Part shown: positions 25,204 to 36,271 of the stretch, piece after piece | Position numbering within the stretch: the stretch's first letter is position 1 | How the letters are laid out: every line of letters starts with the position of its first letter | Source: Kofleriaceae bacterium | Lineage (GTDB): Bacteria > Myxococcota_A > Polyangia > Haliangiales > Haliangiaceae | Reading direction: 5' to 3' | Length of the DNA: 36,271 bases | Assembly: GCA_036384235.1 (NCBI GenBank) | Contig: DASVMS010000944.1 | Location: forward strand, 1-36,271 | Made by a program: the position numbers and the translations under genes | The notes under the pieces: model-generated | What the model was told of the DNA's origin: nothing | What the model saw: the letters and a program-made list of their open reading frames with translations, nothing else | The model's database searches: none

Positions 25204-26686
25204 CGGTCGGCTTCGGGCCGCCACGTTCGGCGACCGATTGGTCCTCTCGTTCGGTCTGGGCCAACTTCGCCTCGAGTTCAACGTAGCTGACGCGACCGAT
25301 GTACCAAGGAGTGGCCCACGGTGGTTCGGAGATCTTCAGCGTTCCGCTCACGTCGTCCTTGAGATCGCGATCCTTGAGGAAGGCCCGCCGGTACAGTCGC
25401 GGCGCGACGCCGACGAACGGCCGGAACAGAACCTTGTCACCCCCGCGGCTCGGCGGAACCCAGTCGATCGGCTCGGTGGAGATCGCGTCGGGGTGCAGCC
25501 TTGTCGCCCGGCTCTTCGGGTACGGCTCGATGTACTGGACCTCGTCGACACCGGCGGCGACGAGGTGCCGCGCGCAGTAATGGCACGGGTATGTCGTCAC
25601 GAACATCCGGGTCCCAACCGTGGAGGTTCCCTGGCGACCGGCACGCAGCACGGCATCCATCTCGGCGTGCACTGCGCGACTGAACTCGAGGATCTGTCTT
25701 AGGCGGGATCCCTTCAACAGCGTCTGCAGCGCGTCGGGCGCAAGGCTGGTCGCCTTCGCTTCCACCAAGAGCGTGACCAGCTCGTCGATCAACGTATTCT
25801 GCTCCTGCGTGCTGCTGCAGTACCTCTGCTTGTACGCGCACCGGTGATCGCGAGACTCGTCCGCATCAAAGTCCTCTCCGTAGACGCCGCCTCCGGCCTT
25901 CGGGACCTCATTCGTTCCAGTCGAGACGAGATTACCTCGCGGATCGATCAAGGCCGCGCCGACCTGCCGCGACAGGCACGCGCTGCGGATCTGCGCGCCA
26001 TGCGCTGCGTGCATCGCGGTCTCCGCCGGCGTCGGACGCACCACGTCCGAGTGCGTGATGATCTTCACCAGCCGCCGGAGCTGGTCCGGGATCACCCAGT
26101 GCTTGTTCTCCTCGCGGCTGAGCGTGTACCGATCGGTACTATTGTCAAGGAAGATATCGGCTAGGTGGAAAGCATCGGAGACGCGCTGGCCGTACTTTTC
26201 AGCCGCCTTCGCGTCGCGCTCCATGAAGAGCCGGGCGCTCCGCTCCCCGGCGTCGCTGTACTTCTGCTGGATTCGGCGTAGGCGGACGTCCTCGTCGCAA
26301 ACTATCCCGACCAGCACGAACGCCGACTGGTAAACGTTGCGTAGAAGCTCGACCTCCGCCGGGTGGCGGATCGAGTCGAGGATGTACGCGCGGCGCTTGC
26401 CGTCGGGCTCGACCGGCTTGTCGCCGTAGTCAGTGATCCCGCGCTTGCTCGCGCGGAGCTGCCGGACTCGCAGAATCAGCACGCGAGCAACTGCAGCGTG
26501 ATCCCCGCCGTTCCGCATCGAGTCACCGAGGTACTGCAGCTTGGCCACCTCCGAGGTGCCGGAGCCGACGTGGCCGACGACCGCGAACACGAACTCGTTC
26601 GCCGCGCTCTCGCGGATCTCCGTCTGCGAGTTGCGCCCTGCCACAGAATCGGGCTTCCTTCCGAGTTGGACAACGGCCGCCGACAT
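25193..26686 (-). CDS. P-loop-kinase-like N-terminal domain fused to a zinc dCMP/cytidine deaminase domain (anti-phage dCTP deaminase / DcdV-like architecture)
   Basis: The deaminase core is SRQVGAALID..GTNEVP, HAEMDAV and TYPCHYCARH (coordinates about 25574-25669). The N-terminus has a Walker-A-like VVGHVGSGTS and a dNMP-kinase-like YILDSIRHPAEVELLR. ATG 26686 is preceded by AGGA 8 nt upstream. The alternative start at 26839 has no RBS. Confidence 0.8.
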   Translation of the reverse strand: MSAAVVQLGRKPDSVAGRNSQTEIRESAANEFVFAVVGHVGSGTSEVAKLQYLGDSMRNGGDHAAVARVLILRVRQLRASKRGITDYGDKPVEPDGKRRAYILDSIRHPAEVELLRNVYQSAFVLVGIVCDEDVRLRRIQQKYSDAGERSARLFMERDAKAAEKYGQRVSDAFHLADIFLDNSTDRYTLSREENKHWVIPDQLRRLVKIITHSDVVRPTPAETAMHAAHGAQIRSACLSRQVGAALIDPRGNLVSTGTNEVPKAGGGVYGEDFDADESRDHRCAYKQRYCSSTQEQNTLIDELVTLLVEAKATSLAPDALQTLLKGSRLRQILEFSRAVHAEMDAVLRAGRQGTSTVGTRMFVTTYPCHYCARHLVAAGVDEVQYIEPYPKSRATRLHPDAISTEPIDWVPPSRGGDKVLFRPFVGVAPRLYRRAFLKDRDLKDDVSGTLKISEPPWATPWYIGRVSYVELEAKLAQTEREDQSVAERGGPKPTDVA

Positions 26687-26758
26687 CGTGCGAATCCTGG
26701 ACGGTCCAGAGGTTCGCGCACAACCCTGACAAGACGCAAAATCCTCCAAAATCACGCA

Positions 26759-26786
26759 CAGATGCGCGGATCCGCTCTCGCATCTG
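26759..26786. promoter_or_regulatory. Inverted repeat CAGATGCG-(12 nt)-CGCATCTG between patD and the deaminase gene
   Basis: Read directly: an 8-bp perfect stem in the lower-GC 162-bp spacer. It could be a patD terminator or an operator or leader element of the deaminase operon. There is no clear U-tract. Confidence 0.35.
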
Positions 26787-26848
26787 AGCCAAACGAACTC
26801 GCTCTCTTGGCCGCTGAGGCCTTCCGGCACGCGGCTCATACAGTTCAG

Positions 26849-28273
26849 CTACAGCTTGATCATGACGTGACGCACGGCGGTGTAGTCCTCGAGCGCGTAC
26901 ATCGAGAGATCCTTGCCGTAGCCCGACCGCTTGAGGCCACCGTGCGGCATCTCGGAGACCAGCATGAAGTGGGTGTTGATCCAGGTCGCCCCGTATTGCA
27001 GGCGGCTGGCCACGGCCATGGCGCGGCCGACGTCGCGGGTCCAGACGGAGGAGGCGAGGCCGTAGTCGGAGTCGTTGGCCCAGGCCACCGCATCATCGAC
27101 CTCGGTGAACCGGGTGACCGAGACGACCGGGCCGAAGACCTCCTGGCGCACGATCTCGTCGGACTGGAGCGCACCGGCGACGACGGTGGGCTCGTAGAAG
27201 AAGCCCGCGCCGGCGCGGGGGCGGCCGCCGGTGGTGACCTCGACGTGGGCCAGCTGTGCGGCGCGGTCGACGAAGCCCTTGACCCGGTCGCGGTGCGCGG
27301 CGGTGATGAGCGGCCCCATCTCGACGCCCTGCTCATCTTGGGTGCCGAGCTTGAGCGACGCCGCGGCGGCCGACAGGTCGGCGACGAGGCGCTCGTAGAT
27401 CCGGCCGCCGGCGTAGACCCGGCAGGCCGCGGTGCAGTCCTGGCCGGCGTTGTAGAACGAGAACGCGCGCAGGCCGGCGACCACCGCCTCGAGGTCGGCG
27501 TCGTCGAACACGATCACCGGGGCCTTGCCGCCGAGCTCGAGGTGGGTGCGGATCAGGCTCTGGGTCGCGCCCTCGAGGATGTGCTGCCCCGACGCGATCG
27601 AGCCGGTCAGCGACGCCATCCGGACCTCGGGCCGGCGGACGAGCGCGGCACCGACGGTGGGGCCGCGGCCGGTGACGACGTTGAGGACGCCCGGCGGGAA
27701 GATCGCGGCGGCGAGCTCGGCGAGGGCGAGCGTGGTGAGCGGGGTCTGCTCGGAGGGCTTGAGCACGCAGGTGTTGCCGGCGGCGATCGCGGGTGCGAGC
27801 TTCCAGGCCGCCATCATCAGCGGGTAGTTCCACGGCGCGATCGAGGCGACGACGCCGATCGGGTCGCGGCGGATCATGCTGGTCAGGCCGGGCAGGTACT
27901 CGCCGGCGATGGCGCCGGTCATGCAGCGCGCGGCACCGGCGAAGAACCGGAACACGTCGGCGCTCGCCGGCAGCTCGTCGGCGAGCGCGGCGGCGTAGGG
28001 CTTGCCGGTGTTGGTGGCCTCGAGCCGGGCGAGCTCGGCGGCGCGGGACTCGATGGCATCGGCGAGCCTCAGCAGCAGCGCTGCGCGGTCGCGGGGCACG
28101 GTCTGCGACCAGCCGGCGAAGGCACGATGGGCGGCCGCGGTGGCCTGGGCAACCTGGGCCGGCGAGGCCTCGGGGACCTGGGTGATGACCTGGCCGGTGG
28201 CCGGATCGAGGATGTCCTCGGATGCGCCCTCACCTTGGACGAGCGCATCGCCGATCAGGAGGCGTGTGTTCAT
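26849..28273 (-). CDS. patD: Gamma-aminobutyraldehyde (1-pyrroline) dehydrogenase, NAD-dependent aldehyde dehydrogenase
   Basis: 474 aa. From memory, long stretches are near-identical to E. coli PatD/YdcW: [68 protein letters not shown] and [17 protein letters not shown] 28273 was chosen over the ORF start at 28450. Confidence 0.9.
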   Translation of the reverse strand: MNTRLLIGDALVQGEGASEDILDPATGQVITQVPEASPAQVAQATAAAHRAFAGWSQTVPRDRAALLLRLADAIESRAAELARLEATNTGKPYAAALADELPASADVFRFFAGAARCMTGAIAGEYLPGLTSMIRRDPIGVVASIAPWNYPLMMAAWKLAPAIAAGNTCVLKPSEQTPLTTLALAELAAAIFPPGVLNVVTGRGPTVGAALVRRPEVRMASLTGSIASGQHILEGATQSLIRTHLELGGKAPVIVFDDADLEAVVAGLRAFSFYNAGQDCTAACRVYAGGRIYERLVADLSAAAASLKLGTQDEQGVEMGPLITAAHRDRVKGFVDRAAQLAHVEVTTGGRPRAGAGFFYEPTVVAGALQSDEIVRQEVFGPVVSVTRFTEVDDAVAWANDSDYGLASSVWTRDVGRAMAVASRLQYGATWINTHFMLVSEMPHGGLKRSGYGKDLSMYALEDYTAVRHVMIKL

Positions 28274-28453
28274 GGGGGCTCCCGCGCCGTCGACGGAGCG
28301 CAAGCATACGCTCGGGCCGCGCGCGGTCGCAACCGGGCGTGAGCGCACGGCCGCACGCGGCGGCAGCGAAAACGCCGGCCGCCGGCCCGCGCGAGTGCGT
28401 GGACCCGAGGTAACGTCGATGTGCCTGGTGTCCCCGCGCAGAAGGAGCACGGT

Positions 28454-29674
28454 ATGACTCGTTCGACGCTACGGGTGGTGATGATGGCCGCGGTGCTGCT
28501 CGCACCCGCGGCATGCAAGAAGACCGAGCCGGCTCAGGGCGGCAGCGCCGGGTCCGGCGGCAGCGCGGCCGCACCCGGGAGCGCGGCGCCGCCGAGTGCC
28601 CCGGGAGGCGACAAGCTCGAGGGCCAGCTCGACATCATCGCGTGGCCCGGCTACATCGAGCGCGGCGAGTCCGACAAGGCCTACGACTGGGTCACGCCGT
28701 TCGAGAAGGACACCGGCTGCAAGGTCAACGTCAAGACCGCGGCGACGTCCGACGAGATGGTCGCGCTGATGAACCAGGGCGGCTACGACCTGGTGACCGC
28801 GTCGGGCGATGCCAGCCTCCGGCTGGTGGCCGCCAAGAAGGTCCAGCCGGTCGACCTCGGCCGGATCAAGTCGTTCGGAACGGTCGACGACCGGCTCAAG
28901 GGCGGGCCCTGGTACAACGTCGACGGCAAGGCGTACGGCGTGCCGTACCAGTGGGGGCCCAACGTGCTGCTCTACAGCACCAAGGCGTTCCCGCAGCCGC
29001 CGACGTCGTGGGCGGTGGTGTTCGAGGAGCAGAAGCTCGCCGACGGCAAGTCCAGCAAGGGCCGGGTCCAGGCCTACGACGGCCCGATCTACATCGCCGA
29101 CGCCGCGCTGTACCTGATGAAGAAGAAGCCCGAGCTCGGCATCACCGATCCGTACGAGCTGACCGAGCCGCAGTACGCCGCGGCGCTGGCGGTGCTGCGC
29201 GATCAGAAGAAGCTCACCCACCGCTACTGGCACGACGCGACGGTGCAGATGAGCGACTTCAAGAACGAGGGCGTGGTGGCGTCAAGCTCGTGGGGCTACA
29301 TGGTCAATGGCCTGGTCGCCGACAAGCAGCCGGTGGCGTCGACGATCCCCCAGGAGGGCTCGACCGGGTGGGCCGACACCACCATGCTCCATGCCGAGGC
29401 CAAGCACCCGGGCTGCGCCTACAAGTGGATGGAGTGGTCGCTCAATCCGCAGCTCCAGATCGCGCTCGCCGAGTGGTTCGGCTCGGTGCCGGTGGTGCCC
29501 GCCGCATGCAAGGCCAAGCCGCCGCACGGCGCGGACGCGTGCGCGGTCAACGGCTTCGATCGGTTCGATCAGGTCCACTTCTGGCGGACGCCGACCGGGA
29601 CCTGCAAGCAGGGCACGTGCGTGCCGTACAGCAAGTGGGTGACCGACTACGTCGCGATCATGGGTGGCGGGTGA
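28454..29674 (+). CDS. Polyamine-type ABC transporter substrate-binding lipoprotein (PotD/PotF/YdcS-like)
   Basis: RBS GAAGGAG at 28441-28447. Lipobox LLAPAAC. The family-1 SBP pattern is present ([19 protein letters not shown]). Confidence 0.85.
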   Translation: MTRSTLRVVMMAAVLLAPAACKKTEPAQGGSAGSGGSAAAPGSAAPPSAPGGDKLEGQLDIIAWPGYIERGESDKAYDWVTPFEKDTGCKVNVKTAATSDEMVALMNQGGYDLVTASGDASLRLVAAKKVQPVDLGRIKSFGTVDDRLKGGPWYNVDGKAYGVPYQWGPNVLLYSTKAFPQPPTSWAVVFEEQKLADGKSSKGRVQAYDGPIYIADAALYLMKKKPELGITDPYELTEPQYAAALAVLRDQKKLTHRYWHDATVQMSDFKNEGVVASSSWGYMVNGLVADKQPVASTIPQEGSTGWADTTMLHAEAKHPGCAYKWMEWSLNPQLQIALAEWFGSVPVVPAACKAKPPHGADACAVNGFDRFDQVHFWRTPTGTCKQGTCVPYSKWVTDYVAIMGGG

Positions 29675-29677
29675 CCG

Positions 29678-30691
29678 GTGCCCGCCGCCGTCGAGCTCCG
29701 CGACGTCCGCTGCCACTTCGGCGACGTCCGCGCGGTCGACGGCGTGTCGCTGGCGATCGACGACGGTGAGTTCTTCTCGATGCTCGGGCCGTCGGGCTCG
29801 GGCAAGACCACGTGCCTGCGGCTGATCGGCGGGTTCGAGCTGCCGACGGCCGGGCGGATCTTCCTGCACGGCGAGGACGCGACCGATCGGCCGCCGTACG
29901 AGCGCGAGGTCAACACGGTGTTCCAGGACTACGCGCTGTTCCCGCACCTCTCGGTGCTCGACAACGTGGCCTACGGGCTGCGCGTCAAGGGAGTGGCGCG
30001 GGCGGAGCGACGGCGCGAGGCGAAAGCCGCGCTCGAGCAGGTCGCGCTTGGCGGCCTGGGCGATCGCCACCCGGGCCAGCTGTCGGGCGGGCAGCGCCAG
30101 CGGGTCGCGCTGGCCCGCGCGCTGGTCAACCGGCCGCGCGTGCTCCTGCTCGACGAACCGCTCGGCGCGCTCGATCTCAAGCTGCGCGAGCAGATGCAGG
30201 TCGAGCTCAAGGGGCTGCAGCGCCGGCTCGGCATCACGTTCGTGTCCGTGACCCACGACCAGGGCGAAGCCCTCTCCATGGCCGACCGCGTCGCCGTGTT
30301 CAATGACGGTCGCATCGTCCAGGTCGGCCCGCCCGAGGACGTCTATGAGCGTCCGGCGACCCGCTTCGTCGCCGGCTTCGTCGGTAGCGCGAACATCCTG
30401 ACCGGCGAGGTCGCCCGGCGCATCGCCGGCAGCGAGCATCCGGTGTCGATCCGGCCCGAGCGGATCGCGTTCGGCGCGCCCGCCCCCGGCCAGCTGGGCG
30501 TCGCCGGCCGGGTGGTCGACGTCCAGTTCCACGGCCCCACCAGCCGGTTCGAGATCGATGCCGCCGGGGTGCGGTTCGTGGTGGCGACGGCCAATCGCGA
30601 CGCGGACGCCGGCCGCCCGGGTCCCGGGGACGCGGTCGAGCTGGCCTGGCCGCCCGAGGCCATGGTCGAGCTCTCGGGCGACGCGCCATGA
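29678..30691 (+). CDS. ABC transporter ATP-binding protein (PotA/YdcT-like)
   Basis: Walker A GPSGSGKTT, signature LSGGQRQRVALARAL and Walker B LLLDEP. A C-terminal TOBE-like region is present. GTG 29678 lies 3 nt after the upstream stop. Confidence 0.9.
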   Translation: MPAAVELRDVRCHFGDVRAVDGVSLAIDDGEFFSMLGPSGSGKTTCLRLIGGFELPTAGRIFLHGEDATDRPPYEREVNTVFQDYALFPHLSVLDNVAYGLRVKGVARAERRREAKAALEQVALGGLGDRHPGQLSGGQRQRVALARALVNRPRVLLLDEPLGALDLKLREQMQVELKGLQRRLGITFVSVTHDQGEALSMADRVAVFNDGRIVQVGPPEDVYERPATRFVAGFVGSANILTGEVARRIAGSEHPVSIRPERIAFGAPAPGQLGVAGRVVDVQFHGPTSRFEIDAAGVRFVVATANRDADAGRPGPGDAVELAWPPEAMVELSGDAP

Positions 30692-31638
30692 CCGACGCGG
30701 CCTCGCCCGGACAAAGGCTGCGCGGCCGGCGGCCCGGCGACGCGGTCTCGACGGCGTTCTACCGGCGCCGGCGGCTCACCCTGTGGCTCTTGCTCACGCC
30801 GCCGCTCTTGTGGTTCGGCGTGGTGTTCGTCGGCGCGCTGCTGGCCCTGATCTGGCAGAGCGCTTACACGTTCAACGACTTCGCCATGCAGGTCACGCCG
30901 GACCTGACGCTGGCCAACTACCGCGCGCTGGCAGACGGCGCCAACCGCGACATCGTGCTCCGCACCGTGGCGATGGCGATCGCGGTGACCGCCGCGTGCG
31001 CCGTCCTCGGGTTTCCGATCGCGTACTACATGGCGCGCTACACCCGGGGCGCCCGCCGCGCGCTGTTCTACGTCGGCGTGATGCTGCCGATGTGGGCCAG
31101 CTACATCGTCAAGGCCTACGCGTGGACGATGATCCTGTCCAGGGGCGGCATCATCTACTGGATCGTCGACCGGATCGGCCTTGGCGGCGCGCTCGACGGG
31201 GTGCTCGCCCTGCCCTACGTCGGCGGCAGCTCGCTGTCGACGTCGAACCTCGGCCGGTTCCTGGTGTTCACGTACGCCTGGCTGCCGTTCATGATCCTGC
31301 CGATGAACGCGGCGATCGAGCGAGTGCCGCCCCGGCTGCTCGAGGCGTCGGCCGACCTCGGGGCGCGGCCGTGGCAGACGTTTCGCACCGTGCTGCTCCC
31401 GCTCGCGCTGCCCGGCGTGGCGGCCGGTTCGATCTTCGCGTTCTCGCTGACCCTGGGCGACTACATCATCCCGCAGCTGGTCGGCCCGCCCGGGCTCTAC
31501 ATCGGCACGATGGTGAATCTGCAGCAGGGCTCGGTGGGCAATCTGCCGATGGCGGCGGCGTTCACCGCGGTGCCGATCGCCATCATCGCAATCTACCTCC
31601 TGCTCGCGCGCCGGCTGGGGGCGTTCGATGCGCTCTAG
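30688..31638 (+). CDS. ABC transporter permease (PotB/YdcU-like)
   Basis: The ATG overlaps the upstream TGA (ATGA). The protein is multi-TM and has the EAA-loop-like sequence [22 protein letters not shown]. Confidence 0.85.
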   Translation: MTDAASPGQRLRGRRPGDAVSTAFYRRRRLTLWLLLTPPLLWFGVVFVGALLALIWQSAYTFNDFAMQVTPDLTLANYRALADGANRDIVLRTVAMAIAVTAACAVLGFPIAYYMARYTRGARRALFYVGVMLPMWASYIVKAYAWTMILSRGGIIYWIVDRIGLGGALDGVLALPYVGGSSLSTSNLGRFLVFTYAWLPFMILPMNAAIERVPPRLLEASADLGARPWQTFRTVLLPLALPGVAAGSIFAFSLTLGDYIIPQLVGPPGLYIGTMVNLQQGSVGNLPMAAAFTAVPIAIIAIYLLLARRLGAFDAL

Positions 31639-32440
31639 GCGAGGCCGACCGCCGTGGCCGCTGCGGATCGCCGCGTGGGCGGTCCTCGGGTTCCTCCACG
31701 CGCCGATCGCGCTCGTGGTGATCTACGCGTTCAACACCGAGGAGGCCGCGTTCAGCTTCCCGCCCCGCGGCTTCACCCTGCGCTGGTTCGCCGAGGCGGC
31801 CGCGCGCGACGACATCCTCGCCGCGATCGCGCTGTCGGCCCAAGTCGCGCTGGTCGCCACCGCCTTCGCGCTGGTCCTGGGCACGCTGGCGGGCTTGGCC
31901 CTGGCGCGCCGGCAGTTCGCGGGCAAGGACCTCATCACGCTCGCGTTCATCCTGCCGATCGCGCTGCCGGGCATCATCACCGGCATCGCGCTGCACTCGG
32001 CGTTTCGCCTCGGCGGCGCGACGCCCGGGTTCTGGACCATCGCGATCGGCCACACCACGTTCTGCGTGGTGGTGGTCTACAACAACGCCGTCGCCCGGCT
32101 GCGCCGGCTGCCGCCCAGCCTGACCGAGGCGGCGATGGACCTCGGCGCCAACGGCCTGACCGCGTTTCGCACCGTGATCCTGCCCCAGCTCGCCACCGCG
32201 CTCGTCGCCGGCGGCATCCTCGCCTTCGGGCTGTCGTTCGACGAGCTGATCGTCACCACGTTCACCGCCGGCCACGAGCAGACCCTGCCGATCTGGCTGC
32301 TCGGCCAGCTCGGCCGGCCGCGCGCGGTGCCGGTGACCAATGTGGTCGCGCTGACGGTCATGGTGATCACCGCGCTGCCGATCGTGGCCGCGTGGTGGCT
32401 GACCCGCGGCACCGAGGACGCGAGCGGCAGCAGCCGGTGA
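31628..32440 (+). CDS. ABC transporter permease (PotC/YdcV-like)
   Basis: Overlaps the upstream gene by 11 nt. The EAA-loop sequence is [22 protein letters not shown]. Confidence 0.85.
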   Translation: MRSRRGRPPWPLRIAAWAVLGFLHAPIALVVIYAFNTEEAAFSFPPRGFTLRWFAEAAARDDILAAIALSAQVALVATAFALVLGTLAGLALARRQFAGKDLITLAFILPIALPGIITGIALHSAFRLGGATPGFWTIAIGHTTFCVVVVYNNAVARLRRLPPSLTEAAMDLGANGLTAFRTVILPQLATALVAGGILAFGLSFDELIVTTFTAGHEQTLPIWLLGQLGRPRAVPVTNVVALTVMVITALPIVAAWWLTRGTEDASGSSR

Positions 32441-32449
32441 GGACGGAAC

Positions 32450-32752
32450 TCAATCCCTGAGTCCGGTGCAGGCGTTTTCGCCCGCAGCGATCCACGTCGA
32501 GCGCGAACCGTTCTCGAACAATGTGGATACCTGCGTCAAAGCCGTGCAACCAGCCAGGCAGTCCGCCAGCACGATATCGCAACCTTCTGCGCCGACCTGC
32601 TGGCATTGGCGCGCCTCCGCGATGCAGCCGCGCTGGCACGGGCCTACAGTGACAGCGAGGTCCTCCCTGGGCGGGCTCATTGACCACCAGAGGGCCAGAA
32701 GCACCAAGGCGGAGAACATTACAAAGATCAGCAAGCGGGTTTTCTTGGTCAT
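32450..32752 (-). CDS. Small Cys-rich secreted or membrane-anchored hypothetical protein (100 aa)
   Basis: The N-terminus MTKKTRLLIFVMFSALVLLALWW looks like a signal or anchor sequence. The mature part contains seven Cys. GC content is locally lower. Confidence 0.45.
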   Translation of the reverse strand: MTKKTRLLIFVMFSALVLLALWWSMSPPREDLAVTVGPCQRGCIAEARQCQQVGAEGCDIVLADCLAGCTALTQVSTLFENGSRSTWIAAGENACTGLRD

Positions 32753-32870
32753 GGGTGGCTATGTTAAGGTACGTAGTCAGCTCCACATTCATTTCAAGCG
32801 CGCTTTGGCGTGCGGGGTCGTCGTTAGCCCTCACTACCTCGCCGCGGGTCAGGCCTTGCGGCCAGCGCCG

Positions 32871-36271
<3,401 letters not shown>

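Noticed and set aside
25204-25281. Longer start (25281) for the 197-aa partner gene
   Set aside because: It would overlap the deaminase gene by 89 nt, and the extra peptide is Arg/Ser/Pro-rich. ATG 25203 gives a classic short coupling overlap.
26687-26839. Longer start (ATG 26839) for the deaminase fusion gene
   Set aside because: There is no Shine-Dalgarno sequence, and the start would lie only 10 nt from the patD stop. The downstream ATG 26686 has AGGA at a suitable distance and leaves a normal-length N-terminus before the P-loop. It is kept as an alternative in the findings.

Overview
High-GC (about 70% by eye) bacterial chromosomal window. The gene content suggests a myxobacterium-like deltaproteobacterium: a Reg_prop/Y_Y_Y hybrid sensor kinase, a Ser/Thr-kinase remnant and Tat-exported oxidases. 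That taxonomic call is inference only. From left to right the window contains the following. (1) A translationally coupled kdsC-like / neuB-like / fatty-acid-hydroxylase operon. (2) Two cargo segments stacked behind three successively more decayed copies of the hydroxylase 3' end. Segment 1 holds a secreted unknown protein and a di-haem cytochrome c peroxidase-like lipoprotein. Segment 2 holds a small divergent ORF and a DUF222/HNH endonuclease carrying an in-frame palindromic repeat array. No integrase or transposase is visible in either segment. (3) A Ser/Thr kinase C-terminal remnant abutting a second di-haem peroxidase, a phospholipase C/AcpA-type phosphoesterase, a LysE exporter and an MBL hydrolase. 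(4) A minus-strand operon of a class-III aminotransferase, two CDP-alcohol phosphatidyltransferases and a small membrane protein, followed by a metallophosphoesterase, an alpha/beta hydrolase and a Uma2 endonuclease. (5) Two roughly 88%-identical Tat-signal flavin amine oxidase paralogs flanking an opposite-strand alkB-rubredoxin pair. (6) A visibly lower-GC two-gene insert: a P-loop-kinase-like / dCMP-deaminase fusion of the anti-phage dCTP-deaminase (DcdV-like) type, translationally coupled to an uncharacterised 197-aa protein. This is the best candidate in the window for an undescribed defence-system variant. (7) A patD (gamma-aminobutyraldehyde dehydrogenase) plus ydcSTUV-like polyamine ABC transporter cluster. 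(8) A small Cys-rich secreted protein and a large hybrid histidine kinase that runs off the right edge. No rRNA, tRNA or CRISPR array was recognised. Many long Arg/Ala/Pro-rich ORFs in the track are antisense artefacts of the high GC content.
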